Shown: positions 1 to 9,349 of the stretch, piece by piece
Numbering within the stretch: the stretch's first letter is position 1
Layout: the number at the start of each line of letters is the position of its first letter
IMG/VR virus record: IMGVR_UViG_3300045257_000207
Location: 10,059-74,058 of that record
Origin: a virus
DNA length: 64,000 bases
Direction: 5' to 3' (one strand)
Made by a program: the position numbers and the translations under genes
Notes under the pieces: model-generated
Seen by the model: the letters and a program-made list of their open reading frames with translations, nothing else
Databases searched by the model: none
What the model was told of the DNA's origin: nothing

Positions 1-2
1 AA

Positions 3-134
3 TCCATTCGGTTACGTCTGGATGCCATCAAAAACAGTGACAATTTGTATGATGTCGTCAACGATGTTAATAGGGCATTACCACCATACGAAGAACTGAT
101 TAATGTGGACAAGCTGAACTTCCCTAAATCGTAA
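3..134 (+). CDS. 3' end of an upstream gene (partial), possibly tail-related
   Basis: Open frame SIRLRLDA...NFPKS* ending at TAA 132-134, directly before the sheath promoter. Confidence 0.55.
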   Translation, partial: SIRLRLDAIKNSDNLYDVVNDVNRALPPYEELINVDKLNFPKS

Positions 135-159
135 ATTCGGCTTCGATAATGACACAGAA

Positions 160-167
160 TATAAATA
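160..167 (+). promoter_or_regulatory. T4-type late promoter TATAAATA
   Basis: Exact T4 gp55 consensus upstream of sheath gene and AGGAG RBS. Confidence 0.85.
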
Positions 168-200
168 CTTTCAACCAAATGTTTTCTAAGGAGATGCACG

Positions 201-2351
201 ATGTCAACATTGATTAGCCCCGGCGTAGACGTACAAGTTAGTGACGACGCCTTCTATCCTCTAGCTCAAGCATCCGGGGTGCCACTACTTTTCATTGCTA
301 CTGGCGATGAAAAGCTACAGGCCGATGGTGTAACTCCTGCAATCGGTACGTTTGAGAGCGGTGTTCTCCGTACTGTTACTTCCATCAAGCAGGCATTACA
401 GCTTTACGGTATTCCTGAATATCTAACTTCTGCTTCTGGCCAACCATTCCACGGCGACTGCCGCAACGAATACGGCTTGGATGCTCTTTTGAAGGTTCTC
501 GACGTTGCCGATTTGGCTTATGTAATTCGTGCCAATGTCAACTTGAACGATTCTCTTGCCGATTTGAAGGCAATGTGGGCATCTGTTATCGCCGACGCTG
601 GAGCATATCTCGAATCTTTGGTTACCGATTGGTTGACGCAGTATAACGATCTGAACGGGTTCATTCCAGCAGATGGTGGTTATAAAACCAGCATCTCCAA
701 AGCTACAATGAAAACACTTGTTGACGAGGCGTTGGTTGTTCCTTTCTCCAAGTATTCGTTCAGTAGCGACCGTTTCATGAACGCGTTTCTCATGGATCAC
801 AGCATAACACAAGCCGGATATCAAGACGTTCTTTTCAATCAGACATTCGGTTTGATTACTGCAACCGATCTTACTGGGTTAGTGGCTAGCAAGACCTACG
901 AAGCGCACGTTTCCGTTGTTACTGGTACCGGCACGGTTGTTACCGATTTCTCGTTCCTTGGTTCTGACGTAGTCACTTTCGGTGACCTCGTTGCGGCGAT
1001 GAATGCGAGCATGGGTTCAGATGGTACCGCATCCATCGTGCAGGGTAGATTGCGTATCACCAGTCCATTGACAGGTTCTACATCGGTAGTTGCGATTACA
1101 GACGGTGCCCTGAGTTCCAATGACGGTGCTTTGGCATTGTTCGGTAGCTTGAATTTGTACCGTTCCATAGCAACAGCTTTCCATGGCGTCGGCGCAGCAA
1201 CATTGTCCATTTATGACGACTCGTACAATACCATCACAGGTTCTTATGATGGATTGTATGGCATCATCACTAACTGGTCTACTGGTTCTATCGTAGGTAC
1301 CGAATTTTCTCCAGATGAAGCAGATGCCGTATTGGTAGCTGCCGCAGGAGCATTCGATAATACCAAGGAATTCAGGGGTCTTACGTCGTTGGGAAGCAAC
1401 GATGCTACACGTCGTGCAGCAGTCGTGGCTCAAATGCAGGCAGCCATCAATAACGTAAGTGCTATCGGTGACTTGGCAAGCTTGGAATACGATCTTGTTG
1501 CCGCTCCCGGTTTCCCAGAAGTATCTGATGAGTTGGTTTCGTTGTCCATCGGCAACTTCGAAGAAGTTCAGGTCATCGGCGAATTGCCGTTCGACAAGCC
1601 ACCAGTTGGCCCGAACAGTGCAGTTTCGTGGGGTCTCAGCACCGCTAAGGTTTCATCCAAGGATATCGGTTATTACTACGGACACGGACTATCGTCAAAC
1701 ATCGATGGTGCTACCATCCTGACAACTTCTGCCGCTACCGCATTGCGTACTTACGCATATAGCGACAGCGTATCAGAAGGCCCATGGATCGCTCCAGCCG
1801 GTGCGACACGTGGTACTTGCCCACACTTGACCGACGTTGGTTATGTGTCCGGTACGCTCGGTGGCCCAACAACGTTCGTTTCGAACCATTTGGACAGAGG
1901 TTCATGTGACGCGTTGTATCAGTTCCCGGTCAACATTAACCCAATTTCATTTGTACCGGGTCGTGGCATCTTGGTCATGGGACAGAAAACAACAAGCCCA
2001 TTGGCAAACCCAGAAGACCGCGTTAACGTTGCACGTTTGGCAAAATACTTGAAGAGAACGTTGCGTAAGGAACTCTTCTCCTTCACATTTGAACCGAACG
2101 ATGACATCACACGCAAGAACATCAAGTCGTCCGCTGATAACATTTTGGCCAGCTTGGTTACTCGCCGTGGGTTGTATGACTTCGCTTCCATCTGCGATTC
2201 GTCCAACAACGTTCCGGGAACAATCGATGAACATATCATCTACTTGGATGTTGCTATCAAGCCGGTGATCACGGGTGAATTCATCTACGCTCGTATCGCG
2301 ATTGTAAACACGGGTGCCAACATTGGTACAGGTGCTACACTCAACAACTGA
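201..2351 (+). CDS. Contractile tail sheath protein (gp18-like)
   Basis: N-terminal LISPGVDV; NEYGL; C-terminal PWIAPAGATRG, INPI, GQKT, DRVNVARL, FEPND, CDSSNN, IKPV..EFIY sheath motifs. Confidence 0.96.
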   Translation: MSTLISPGVDVQVSDDAFYPLAQASGVPLLFIATGDEKLQADGVTPAIGTFESGVLRTVTSIKQALQLYGIPEYLTSASGQPFHGDCRNEYGLDALLKVLDVADLAYVIRANVNLNDSLADLKAMWASVIADAGAYLESLVTDWLTQYNDLNGFIPADGGYKTSISKATMKTLVDEALVVPFSKYSFSSDRFMNAFLMDHSITQAGYQDVLFNQTFGLITATDLTGLVASKTYEAHVSVVTGTGTVVTDFSFLGSDVVTFGDLVAAMNASMGSDGTASIVQGRLRITSPLTGSTSVVAITDGALSSNDGALALFGSLNLYRSIATAFHGVGAATLSIYDDSYNTITGSYDGLYGIITNWSTGSIVGTEFSPDEADAVLVAAAGAFDNTKEFRGLTSLGSNDATRRAAVVAQMQAAINNVSAIGDLASLEYDLVAAPGFPEVSDELVSLSIGNFEEVQVIGELPFDKPPVGPNSAVSWGLSTAKVSSKDIGYYYGHGLSSNIDGATILTTSAATALRTYAYSDSVSEGPWIAPAGATRGTCPHLTDVGYVSGTLGGPTTFVSNHLDRGSCDALYQFPVNINPISFVPGRGILVMGQKTTSPLANPEDRVNVARLAKYLKRTLRKELFSFTFEPNDDITRKNIKSSADNILASLVTRRGLYDFASICDSSNNVPGTIDEHIIYLDVAIKPVITGEFIYARIAIVNTGANIGTGATLNN

Positions 2352-2368
2352 TGCATTGTAGAACAAAA

Positions 2369-2394
2369 GAAAAGGGGCCGAAAGGCCCCTTTTC
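2369..2394. terminator. Bidirectional intrinsic terminator
   Basis: GAAAAGGGGCC-GAAA-GGCCCCTTTTC between convergent genes. Confidence 0.9.
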
Positions 2395-2414
2395 GTTTCT
2401 ATGATTGTCTGTTC

Positions 2415-3137
2415 TTATTCGATGTCTGCGATCTTCGAAACATACAAGGACTTCAGGCGGGATTCCATTTTTTCTTTCATGTCCTTATTGAGATGCTCGA
2501 CTTCTGGAACTTCCTTCATAAACTTCGTGGCAAATTCAGCTTCATTCTTTCCAAACGCTTCATTTCTTAATATTGAATGAGTGATCTTCTGGGTTTCTTG
2601 TTTGCCTACGTTGAATTTATTAAATAACTGCTCTCCTTCTCCACGGGCCTTTCGATAAGAATCGATAGCCGCGTCTACAGATTTGACGATGGTGTTGTAC
2701 ATCTCTTCGAACTTCTGATCGTTGTTGACCACGTGAACCATTTCATCCTTGGTTTTGTGGGCATTTTTCGGTTCTTGGTGAACATAAACTAAATACTTCT
2801 CAAACGCGGAGATAAATGGTTTGGCTGTTTCTACATTCTCAAGGAAATCCACCAAATGTTCCTTGGTCGGCACCTCCGGAGTTTCAATTATGATGTATTT
2901 TTTCTGATTGACTTTGTGGATGCCTAATTTTGTTGAACTGACCGCGCCCTGTCGAATCTTGACCACGAGATTGTTATAGGAACTGGATTTGATAACTGCT
3001 CCAACATTGAAGGTTACGTCCGTAGCAGTGACATCGACGTGACCTTTGTCGAGCATTGAAAGGAGTTTGTGGAATACAAGAGTGGCCTCATTTCCGGCAC
3101 CTTTGAATTCTAACAAGAAGGTTTTGAAGTTTTTCAT
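2415..3137 (-). CDS. Hypothetical late protein, possible internal head protein
   Basis: 240 aa; GATAAATA on - strand at 3162-3169; N-terminus MKNFKTFLLE resembles the T4 capsid-targeting sequence. Confidence 0.75.
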   Translation of the reverse strand: MKNFKTFLLEFKGAGNEATLVFHKLLSMLDKGHVDVTATDVTFNVGAVIKSSSYNNLVVKIRQGAVSSTKLGIHKVNQKKYIIIETPEVPTKEHLVDFLENVETAKPFISAFEKYLVYVHQEPKNAHKTKDEMVHVVNNDQKFEEMYNTIVKSVDAAIDSYRKARGEGEQLFNKFNVGKQETQKITHSILRNEAFGKNEAEFATKFMKEVPEVEHLNKDMKEKMESRLKSLYVSKIADIE

Positions 3138-3248
3138 CGAGGGTTCCTTAACAGATACAGATATTTATCTTCGATTTCTTTTTTCGTTTTAATTCCACGA
3201 ACCACATAAATACTTATATCCAAATTTGAGCAAGTAAGGAGTTCTAAG

Positions 3249-3863
3249 ATGGCATTGATTACCGATATGGGCGTAACACCAGAAGCTGGTGGTATCCTTC
3301 ACCCAATGGTCAAAAACAAGTGGCAGGTCGAGTTTTATAACATCGGCGGCACACGAGGAGCGGCCAGTGGAAATACTGACACTGAAATTCTTACTTTGCA
3401 AGCAGTAACCGGCTCGCGCCCAAAATTGAGCTTCGACGAAGTTGAACTCAACCGTTACAACTCACGCGGATGGATTGCTGGTAAGCACAAGTGGGAAGCT
3501 GTTGACTTTACATTTGAAGCTGATATCGGCGGTCGTACTTCCCGCGTATTCCAGCAGCAGCTTGAAAAGCAACAGGCGTTGATCGCTTCGCGTGCTGGTC
3601 GTGTATTGAATACGGCGCGTTCTGGACAAGAGTATAAGTTTGGCATGATCGTATCCATGATGGATGGTGACATTACACCGCTTGAACAGTGGGGTTATGA
3701 AGGCACATGGATCAGCAGCATGCAATGGGGTGAAATCGACTACACGTCGTCTGACGCCATCAAGCTTCAGGTCACATTCCGCTTCGATCATGCACGTCAG
3801 TTGATCCTCGGTGAGACTGGTAACGCTACAGGCGGTATCGCTCCTCTTCCATACACAAGCTAA
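3249..3863 (+). CDS. Tail tube protein (gp19-like)
   Basis: RPKLSFDEV, IAGKHKW, YKF, EQWGYEG, DYTSSDA...FRFDHA; CATAAATA at 3205-3212; position near the sheath gene. Confidence 0.92.
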   Translation: MALITDMGVTPEAGGILHPMVKNKWQVEFYNIGGTRGAASGNTDTEILTLQAVTGSRPKLSFDEVELNRYNSRGWIAGKHKWEAVDFTFEADIGGRTSRVFQQQLEKQQALIASRAGRVLNTARSGQEYKFGMIVSMMDGDITPLEQWGYEGTWISSMQWGEIDYTSSDAIKLQVTFRFDHARQLILGETGNATGGIAPLPYTS

Positions 3864-3887
3864 CGGAAGACGTACCCACAAGGATGT

Positions 3888-3915
3888 AAAAAGCCCCCGT
3901 CATGGGGGCTTTTTT
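3888..3915 (+). terminator. Intrinsic terminator immediately followed by late promoter TATAAATA (3917-3924)
   Basis: AAAAAGCCCCC-GTCAT-GGGGGCTTTTTT. Confidence 0.85.
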
Positions 3916-3937
3916 GTATAAATACAAAGAGGGCTAT

Positions 3938-4483
3938 ATGGCAGACATCAAACAAATTGCTGACAAATTTCTTGCGTTACCAAATCCGAATGATTCTACG
4001 GTTCGGACTTTTACGCATGATATTCTTGCGGCAGAGGCAGCTAAACAATCCGGTCAATTTAGACTACCATTGCCGACCGATATCCTTGCCTCGGAGTCCA
4101 CCTTTGCATTCCTCAATGATACCGGGAATGGCCCAATCAGTGTCGGACTACAGTCCTTGGAATTGATGTCTCGCGTTCTGGCTAGAATCCCGTTGACAGC
4201 CCTTGTTTTGTTCGACGTTAAAATCGTTGCGTATTCTGCCCAAGATATTGCAAACGCTGACACCGACCATGCTAGAACTATTGTGCTAGCCAACTTGCTC
4301 GTTGAACCATATTACAGAATCGTTCAATTTAACGATTCACCTTTGGTGACTAAATACAATACGTTCCTAGATGCTGTCGCTGTAGAAGTTCGTTCTGGAT
4401 TCTTTAGAGCGGTGAGCAGACAAGCGGAAGCTATTACTCTAACAAGAGAATTCATCACATTCGTCGTACACTCGGCAAGGTAA
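3938..4483 (+). CDS. Hypothetical late protein (start revised to MADIKQ)
   Basis: GAGG RBS and TATAAATA upstream; the track start at 3902 lies inside the terminator. Confidence 0.75.
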   Translation: MADIKQIADKFLALPNPNDSTVRTFTHDILAAEAAKQSGQFRLPLPTDILASESTFAFLNDTGNGPISVGLQSLELMSRVLARIPLTALVLFDVKIVAYSAQDIANADTDHARTIVLANLLVEPYYRIVQFNDSPLVTKYNTFLDAVAVEVRSGFFRAVSRQAEAITLTREFITFVVHSAR

Positions 4484-4486
4484 TTT

Positions 4487-5188
4487 ATGCAATATTGGCG
4501 TCTGATTAAAGAGGTGACAGGTGCAGGATTGCTTAATGATCCGGGAGCAGATGCGTGGGGAGACCAGCAGATACCAGATGATTTTCTAGCTGCTGATCAT
4601 CCAAAATTTGCGTTCAACTTTACCATGGAAGTTGAATTTGCGAATGGTGTTCTACAGAATAACATCTTGGGCAATGAAGACCCAACGATCATGAACATGG
4701 CACTCAAAACGTGTTCCCGCCCGTCGCCTACCGTAACGTATATCGATGCCAACTATTACAACTACCGTACCAAGGTTGCTACCAAAATCGATTTTGGCAC
4801 AATAACAGCCGTATTTTATGATGACGGCACGAACTTAGCACACGATTTCTACACAACTTACCTGAAAGCTATCAGTCCCATAACAAGTCTGACTTCGATC
4901 CCGAGTTGGGGTGACCCTAACGGCCTAACGGCTTCGACCATCGGGGTCTTAGATCGAGCGCAAGGCATTCTTCAGTCTATCACCGTATATCATTACTATC
5001 GAACAGGCGGTCAAGACCGTCGCACGATTTACAGATACATCAACCCCAAGGTGGTCAACTTTGTGTTAGATGACCTCAATATGACTCAAAGCGATGTCAA
5101 CGTAGTCTCCCTAGCGTTTACGTTCGATTCGGTGAACATCCAAACCGAAGGACTGGAATCTGTCGGTATAGGCACGGGGCCTGCCTAA
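4487..5188 (+). CDS. Tail-tube-like baseplate/tube initiator (gp54/gp48-like)
   Basis: PKFAFNF, SRPSPTV, NYYNYRTKV, FYDD, YINPK..F.LDDL tube-fold pattern. Confidence 0.7.
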   Translation: MQYWRLIKEVTGAGLLNDPGADAWGDQQIPDDFLAADHPKFAFNFTMEVEFANGVLQNNILGNEDPTIMNMALKTCSRPSPTVTYIDANYYNYRTKVATKIDFGTITAVFYDDGTNLAHDFYTTYLKAISPITSLTSIPSWGDPNGLTASTIGVLDRAQGILQSITVYHYYRTGGQDRRTIYRYINPKVVNFVLDDLNMTQSDVNVVSLAFTFDSVNIQTEGLESVGIGTGPA

Positions 5189-5643
5189 TGGCCATGCGAG
5201 AAGCTCGAACCGGTTTCTTTATGCCTAAACACTTGGAAAAGTACATCGGTGAAATCCTACCTTTGAAATATCGTTCATCGTGGGAATTGACGACGATGAA
5301 GTTTTTGGACACAAACCCGAACATTGTTCGCTGGTCATATGAGTCAATCCAGATTCCATATTACAAACCGATGCCTAATGGCATCATGCGTCCTGCAATC
5401 TATTACCCGGACGTGTATGTCGAGTACACCGACAAAAATGGGATTTATCATCGAGAATTGATAGAAATCAAACCCAAGAAGCAAACCAGACAGTCGCGGT
5501 CACGGAACACTAGGGTCAAGATGGCTGAGAGTTATACATTTTCCGTCAACACAGCCAAATGGGAAGCCGCTAAACGCTGGTGTGCCCATCACGGGGATAT
5601 AGAGTTTCGGCTTCTGACAGAGACTTCGATTTTTGAACGATAA
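5188..5643 (+). CDS. Head completion nuclease (T4 gp4 / TnsA-like)
   Basis: YRSSWE, WSYESIQIPY, YYPD, IEIKP..QT, NTAKWEAA, LTE. Confidence 0.92.
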   Translation: MAMREARTGFFMPKHLEKYIGEILPLKYRSSWELTTMKFLDTNPNIVRWSYESIQIPYYKPMPNGIMRPAIYYPDVYVEYTDKNGIYHRELIEIKPKKQTRQSRSRNTRVKMAESYTFSVNTAKWEAAKRWCAHHGDIEFRLLTETSIFER

Positions 5644-5701
5644 ATACACCTTTGTGAATAAATATATCCACAAACCGTAAAAATGAGAATAGGATTCATC
5701 A

Positions 5702-7324
5702 ATGTCCAAGCCTACAGAACTAAACGAAGATGCCGCAGCCGGTTCTACCAGTGCAGGTAACATCGCCTCCAATTATTCCGCACATGGTGAAACCCGCCAG
5801 CGTGATAAGGGTGGCGAACATGAATGGCATCGATCAGTTGCGGATAGGAAGTCTCCGGAAGGCCAACGCCGTGAAGAACTACGTGCCAAGGCTCGAAAGA
5901 ATCTTGATGACGCTAAAGCCAAGATGAAGAAAAAGAAAGGACTCGTAGGACGTTTCAAGAGCTTCTTGTCATCGACCAACGAATCTGTTTTCAATGATAG
6001 TCTGGTCTTGCTCAAGCCAGCAACCCAGTTCAAAATTTCGGAAAGCTTCAACATGCAAGACGTGGTTTCCCGTCTTAAGGGTGTTGAACATTCCAACAAT
6101 CCAGCACCGAATGTATCATATGGTGTGGAAGACGATTCTGGTAATATGATGAAAATTACGGTAAAGTCTGATGACTCAAAGGATTTCGAGAGCGCGTTGG
6201 CCACTGCATTGTCTGATGCACAAGATTACAAGAAAGTCACGGGTGAGACTCGTGAACTTTCCATGGCAGAGTTACTGTTCAATCTCAAGGACAAGTTTGA
6301 CATTCTGGATGTCGAGTTTCCGACCATTCCAAAGGATGCCATATACAATGCAGATAAAGTCACTTATGGCGATGCGACCGGTACCGAACAGGGAATGGGA
6401 GCAGGCGGGCCAGATGACCTATTAGGTGATCCGAATGGCGCTCCACCGCCAGATGATGGCATGATCGATGGTCTTGATCCCAATGCCCCCAAAGATGGTT
6501 CTATGCCGCCTCCAGTAGGCCCAGATGGATTACCGGCCCCAGATGCTGCCGGTGGTATGGGAAATCCTGAAGGTGTCCCCGGAGAGGCTGGAGAGCCTCC
6601 TATTGGTGGTGAGATGGGCGACGATGCTTCGGTATCAGATTTTCCACCAGACACAGGCGAAACAGACGAAAAGAGTTTGATCATTTCCGTGCTTAACATG
6701 CTCAAGGCCGACGCCGAAGCTAAGATTGCCGTGGCAAACGCTGAAGCAGAAAAAGCCAGAGCGTTACAGGCGCAATATTCCAAGGAAGCCGCTGAAGGAC
6801 AATTGTCCCGCGAAGAGGAAAATGCCCGCTTGGAAGCAGAGATGGATCGCCAAAAAGATAAAGAAAAGGAAGCCAAGAAAATGGCAGACCTTGCACGTTT
6901 CCGTGTCAATTCTATGGGTGAGAACACCAAGCCACGTTTCGGAACATTCCTGATGGAATTTGTCGAACAGGGTGAAGACTTGAATTCTCTAACTAAAGCG
7001 AAGCAAGCGTTGAATCAGCAGTATATGGTAGTTCAGGGTGATGACCCGGAAACTATCCAATACAAGCGAGCAGCCTTTGTAGCGGCAACACGCGAAATCG
7101 ATGCCAAGATCGCCTTGGCACGTTTGACAGCCAATTTCAAACAAAAGCAGGACGCTAAACAACAACAGCAGCAGAACCCACAGAACAATCAGCAACCGAA
7201 CCAGAACAACCAGCAGAACCCACAGAACAATCAGGCTCATCCACAACAACAGCCTAATCCTTCTGCGCCGGGAACCAACACCCAGTCGGCGGTCGCTCCT
7301 TCCAACAACCAACCGGTGAGATAA
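5702..7324 (+). CDS. Large late protein with Gly/Pro-rich disordered middle, coiled coil and Q/N-rich tail; probable head or scaffold component
   Basis: Two ATAAATA motifs upstream (5639, 5657); LNE/ISE/LME protease-like sites; low-complexity segments. Confidence 0.75.
   Translation: MSKPTELNEDAAAGSTSAGNIASNYSAHGETRQRDKGGEHEWHRSVADRKSPEGQRREELRAKARKNLDDAKAKMKKKKGLVGRFKSFLSSTNESVFNDSLVLLKPATQFKISESFNMQDVVSRLKGVEHSNNPAPNVSYGVEDDSGNMMKITVKSDDSKDFESALATALSDAQDYKKVTGETRELSMAELLFNLKDKFDILDVEFPTIPKDAIYNADKVTYGDATGTEQGMGAGGPDDLLGDPNGAPPPDDGMIDGLDPNAPKDGSMPPPVGPDGLPAPDAAGGMGNPEGVPGEAGEPPIGGEMGDDASVSDFPPDTGETDEKSLIISVLNMLKADAEAKIAVANAEAEKARALQAQYSKEAAEGQLSREEENARLEAEMDRQKDKEKEAKKMADLARFRVNSMGENTKPRFGTFLMEFVEQGEDLNSLTKAKQALNQQYMVVQGDDPETIQYKRAAFVAATREIDAKIALARLTANFKQKQDAKQQQQQNPQNNQQPNQNNQQNPQNNQAHPQQQPNPSAPGTNTQSAVAPSNNQPVR
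7169..7234 (+). repeat. 24-nt direct repeat x2 encoding QQNPQNNQ
   Basis: CAGCAGAACCCACAGAACAATCAG at 7169 and 7211. Confidence 0.9.
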
Positions 7325-7749
7325 TGGATTTTCAGAGTAAACTCGAAGCGATAAAATTCATCATCGAAGCTGATGATGCAGCAACGTTCAATATTGAAGT
7401 AACGTCTCCGGAAAAGGAAATACCGGATGAAACGGTGGATTCTCCTGAAAACGTTGACGAGTTGCCGATTCAAGTTGGCGAGTCGCAATATGTTGCCGGT
7501 TTCTCCGATCAATTGACAACCAATGTCATCTATGTTGAACTGTGCGAAGCTGTTGAAAATTCATGCGGTACCGGTCGTATCGTGTTCAACGGAAAGACAT
7601 TGATGCTCAATATGTGCCAAATGGATAACAAGACCACTGTACACATGCCGACAATCATCGAAGGCGTTGAACATTTTGACACGGAATTTGAAGTCAAGAT
7701 AGCCAATGCCTCTCACCCAGAGAAAATCGTTCTAGCTAGAAAAAAATGA
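7324..7749 (+). CDS. Hypothetical acidic protein
   Basis: 141 aa, translationally coupled to both neighbours. Confidence 0.75.
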   Translation: MDFQSKLEAIKFIIEADDAATFNIEVTSPEKEIPDETVDSPENVDELPIQVGESQYVAGFSDQLTTNVIYVELCEAVENSCGTGRIVFNGKTLMLNMCQMDNKTTVHMPTIIEGVEHFDTEFEVKIANASHPEKIVLARKK

Positions 7750-8366
7750 GAAATCAATCCCGGTCACCGTTCTTCATCGTCGAAGAATTCGTGTCCCCCT
7801 TGACATGTGAACGTATAGTTGATAGCATCGAGTTTGGTTTCCCCGAAACCACGTTAGATGGGCGTCCGTTGCCAACACGGACTTACAACAAGTTGGTGGA
7901 ACTGCGGATAGCAGATGTTATAGAAGAGGTTTTGCCAGACCTTGAAGCGTATTACAAGGTTCAGGTGAAGGGTGTGGCACCTCCGGAATTTGAATGGTAT
8001 CCGGAAGGGTGTGCAGCGACAAAACCCAAATGCGAGAATAGTACCTATTCCAACAATCGTTGGACTCGCGTCAACAATAGAGATTTTGTAGGAATTCTTT
8101 TCCTGTGTGACTATCAGGAAAGGGCACCTTTTGACCCAGAGTTTGAAGTCAGAGGCGGAAAATTGCAGTTCCCCAACCACGGGTTCAGCTTTAATCCAAA
8201 ACGAGGAATGTTAGTAATATTCCCCGGTAGTCCTAATTTTGTCAATTCGGTTGGCAAGGTTGAAGTCGGTGACCTCTATCAAATGAGGATTCCGATAACA
8301 ACCGAAACACCGTTTGTTTACAATTTCAAGGATTATCCCGGAAACTATGAGGAATGGTTTGGGTAA
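7746..8366 (+). CDS. 2OG-Fe(II) oxygenase-fold protein with degenerate metal ligands
   Basis: ILFL.DY, GGKLQFP, PKRGMLVIFP, V..V..G pattern; HxD reads KCE and the distal His reads N. Confidence 0.75.
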   Translation: MRNQSRSPFFIVEEFVSPLTCERIVDSIEFGFPETTLDGRPLPTRTYNKLVELRIADVIEEVLPDLEAYYKVQVKGVAPPEFEWYPEGCAATKPKCENSTYSNNRWTRVNNRDFVGILFLCDYQERAPFDPEFEVRGGKLQFPNHGFSFNPKRGMLVIFPGSPNFVNSVGKVEVGDLYQMRIPITTETPFVYNFKDYPGNYEEWFG

Positions 8367-8414
8367 CAGTTCATAAACCATTTCTCTAACAACCCTTTCT
8401 AGGAGAAAGAGAAG

Positions 8415-8990
8415 ATGAATGGTTTGAAGATTACACTGTTACTATGCTGCATCGCTTTATCGGTTTCGTTACACGCTAGAGAGTATAAGTTCGACTTGTT
8501 GGACAATCTTCCCCCGGATGCGATGGTCATTGTACCGCCTGACCTCCAGACCGTCATAGTCGCTCCTGAAGCGACATCAGACCCAAATACTGTTCCCAAT
8601 GCTATCCATCCTACACCGAAGACGGCAGCGTGCTTGGCGCAAGCCATGTACCACGAGGCCAGAGGCGAAGGCCGTGTCGGAATGGAAGCTGTGGCGTTCG
8701 TAATCTACAACCGAACCCAACAGCCCTATTGGCCGCATGACATCTGCTCGGTAGTGTTCCAACGTCATCAATTCACGTTTACAAGCCGACACTATACCAT
8801 TCGCCAACGCGATGCTTATGATAATGCTATCATCATAGCAAACAACCTATTAAGTGGCGGCTTTGAACATCAAAATTCACCATGTAAAGATGCAACGTAT
8901 TTCGATTCGCTTGCACACAAGAAGAAAAGAGGATACTCTAATGGACGGCAATTCATAACAACGATTGGCCACCACCATTTCTTCAAATAG
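8415..8990 (+). CDS. SleB/Hydrolase_2 cell-wall hydrolase with signal peptide
   Basis: CLAQAMYHEARGE, VAFVIYNR, ICSVVFQRHQF, IGHHHF; hydrophobic N-terminus. Confidence 0.92.
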   Translation: MNGLKITLLLCCIALSVSLHAREYKFDLLDNLPPDAMVIVPPDLQTVIVAPEATSDPNTVPNAIHPTPKTAACLAQAMYHEARGEGRVGMEAVAFVIYNRTQQPYWPHDICSVVFQRHQFTFTSRHYTIRQRDAYDNAIIIANNLLSGGFEHQNSPCKDATYFDSLAHKKKRGYSNGRQFITTIGHHHFFK

Positions 8991-9003
8991 GAGTCAACTT
9001 CAA

Positions 9004-9291
9004 ATGAGCAGTTCCACCGACAGCTACACCTTGCCAAGCAGCCCAGCCGACCGCAAGAAGATCAAGGATGCGATACACGAGATTGCTGGCGCTCTGCAAC
9101 AGATGGAAGACAAGCGATCCTTTATCAACGATATCAAGAAGTCGTTGAAGGAAGATTTCAAGCTTCCGCCATCCGTCACAGCCAAGATGGCGAAGACCCT
9201 TTACAAGAACAACTATCAGGAAGTTCTTGGTGAGTCGTCAACATTTGAGGTAGTGTACGAGAACATCATCGGTACCAGCACCGACGCGTAA
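9004..9291 (+). CDS. Phage dsDNA-binding protein (T4 DsbA-like)
   Basis: 95 aa helical protein, KIKDAIHEI...MAKTLYKNNY...FEVVYE; GGAG RBS. Confidence 0.7.
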   Translation: MSSSTDSYTLPSSPADRKKIKDAIHEIAGALQQMEDKRSFINDIKKSLKEDFKLPPSVTAKMAKTLYKNNYQEVLGESSTFEVVYENIIGTSTDA

Positions 9292-9300
9292 TGGCATTAC

Positions 9301-9337
9301 AAAGGGGCATCGTCTTATCTGGACGATGCCCCTTTTT
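9301..9337 (+). terminator. Intrinsic terminator or hairpin before the DNA polymerase gene
   Basis: AAAGGGGCATCGTC...GACGATGCCCCTTTTT. Confidence 0.8.
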
Positions 9338-9349
9338 ATAGGAGTTTCA

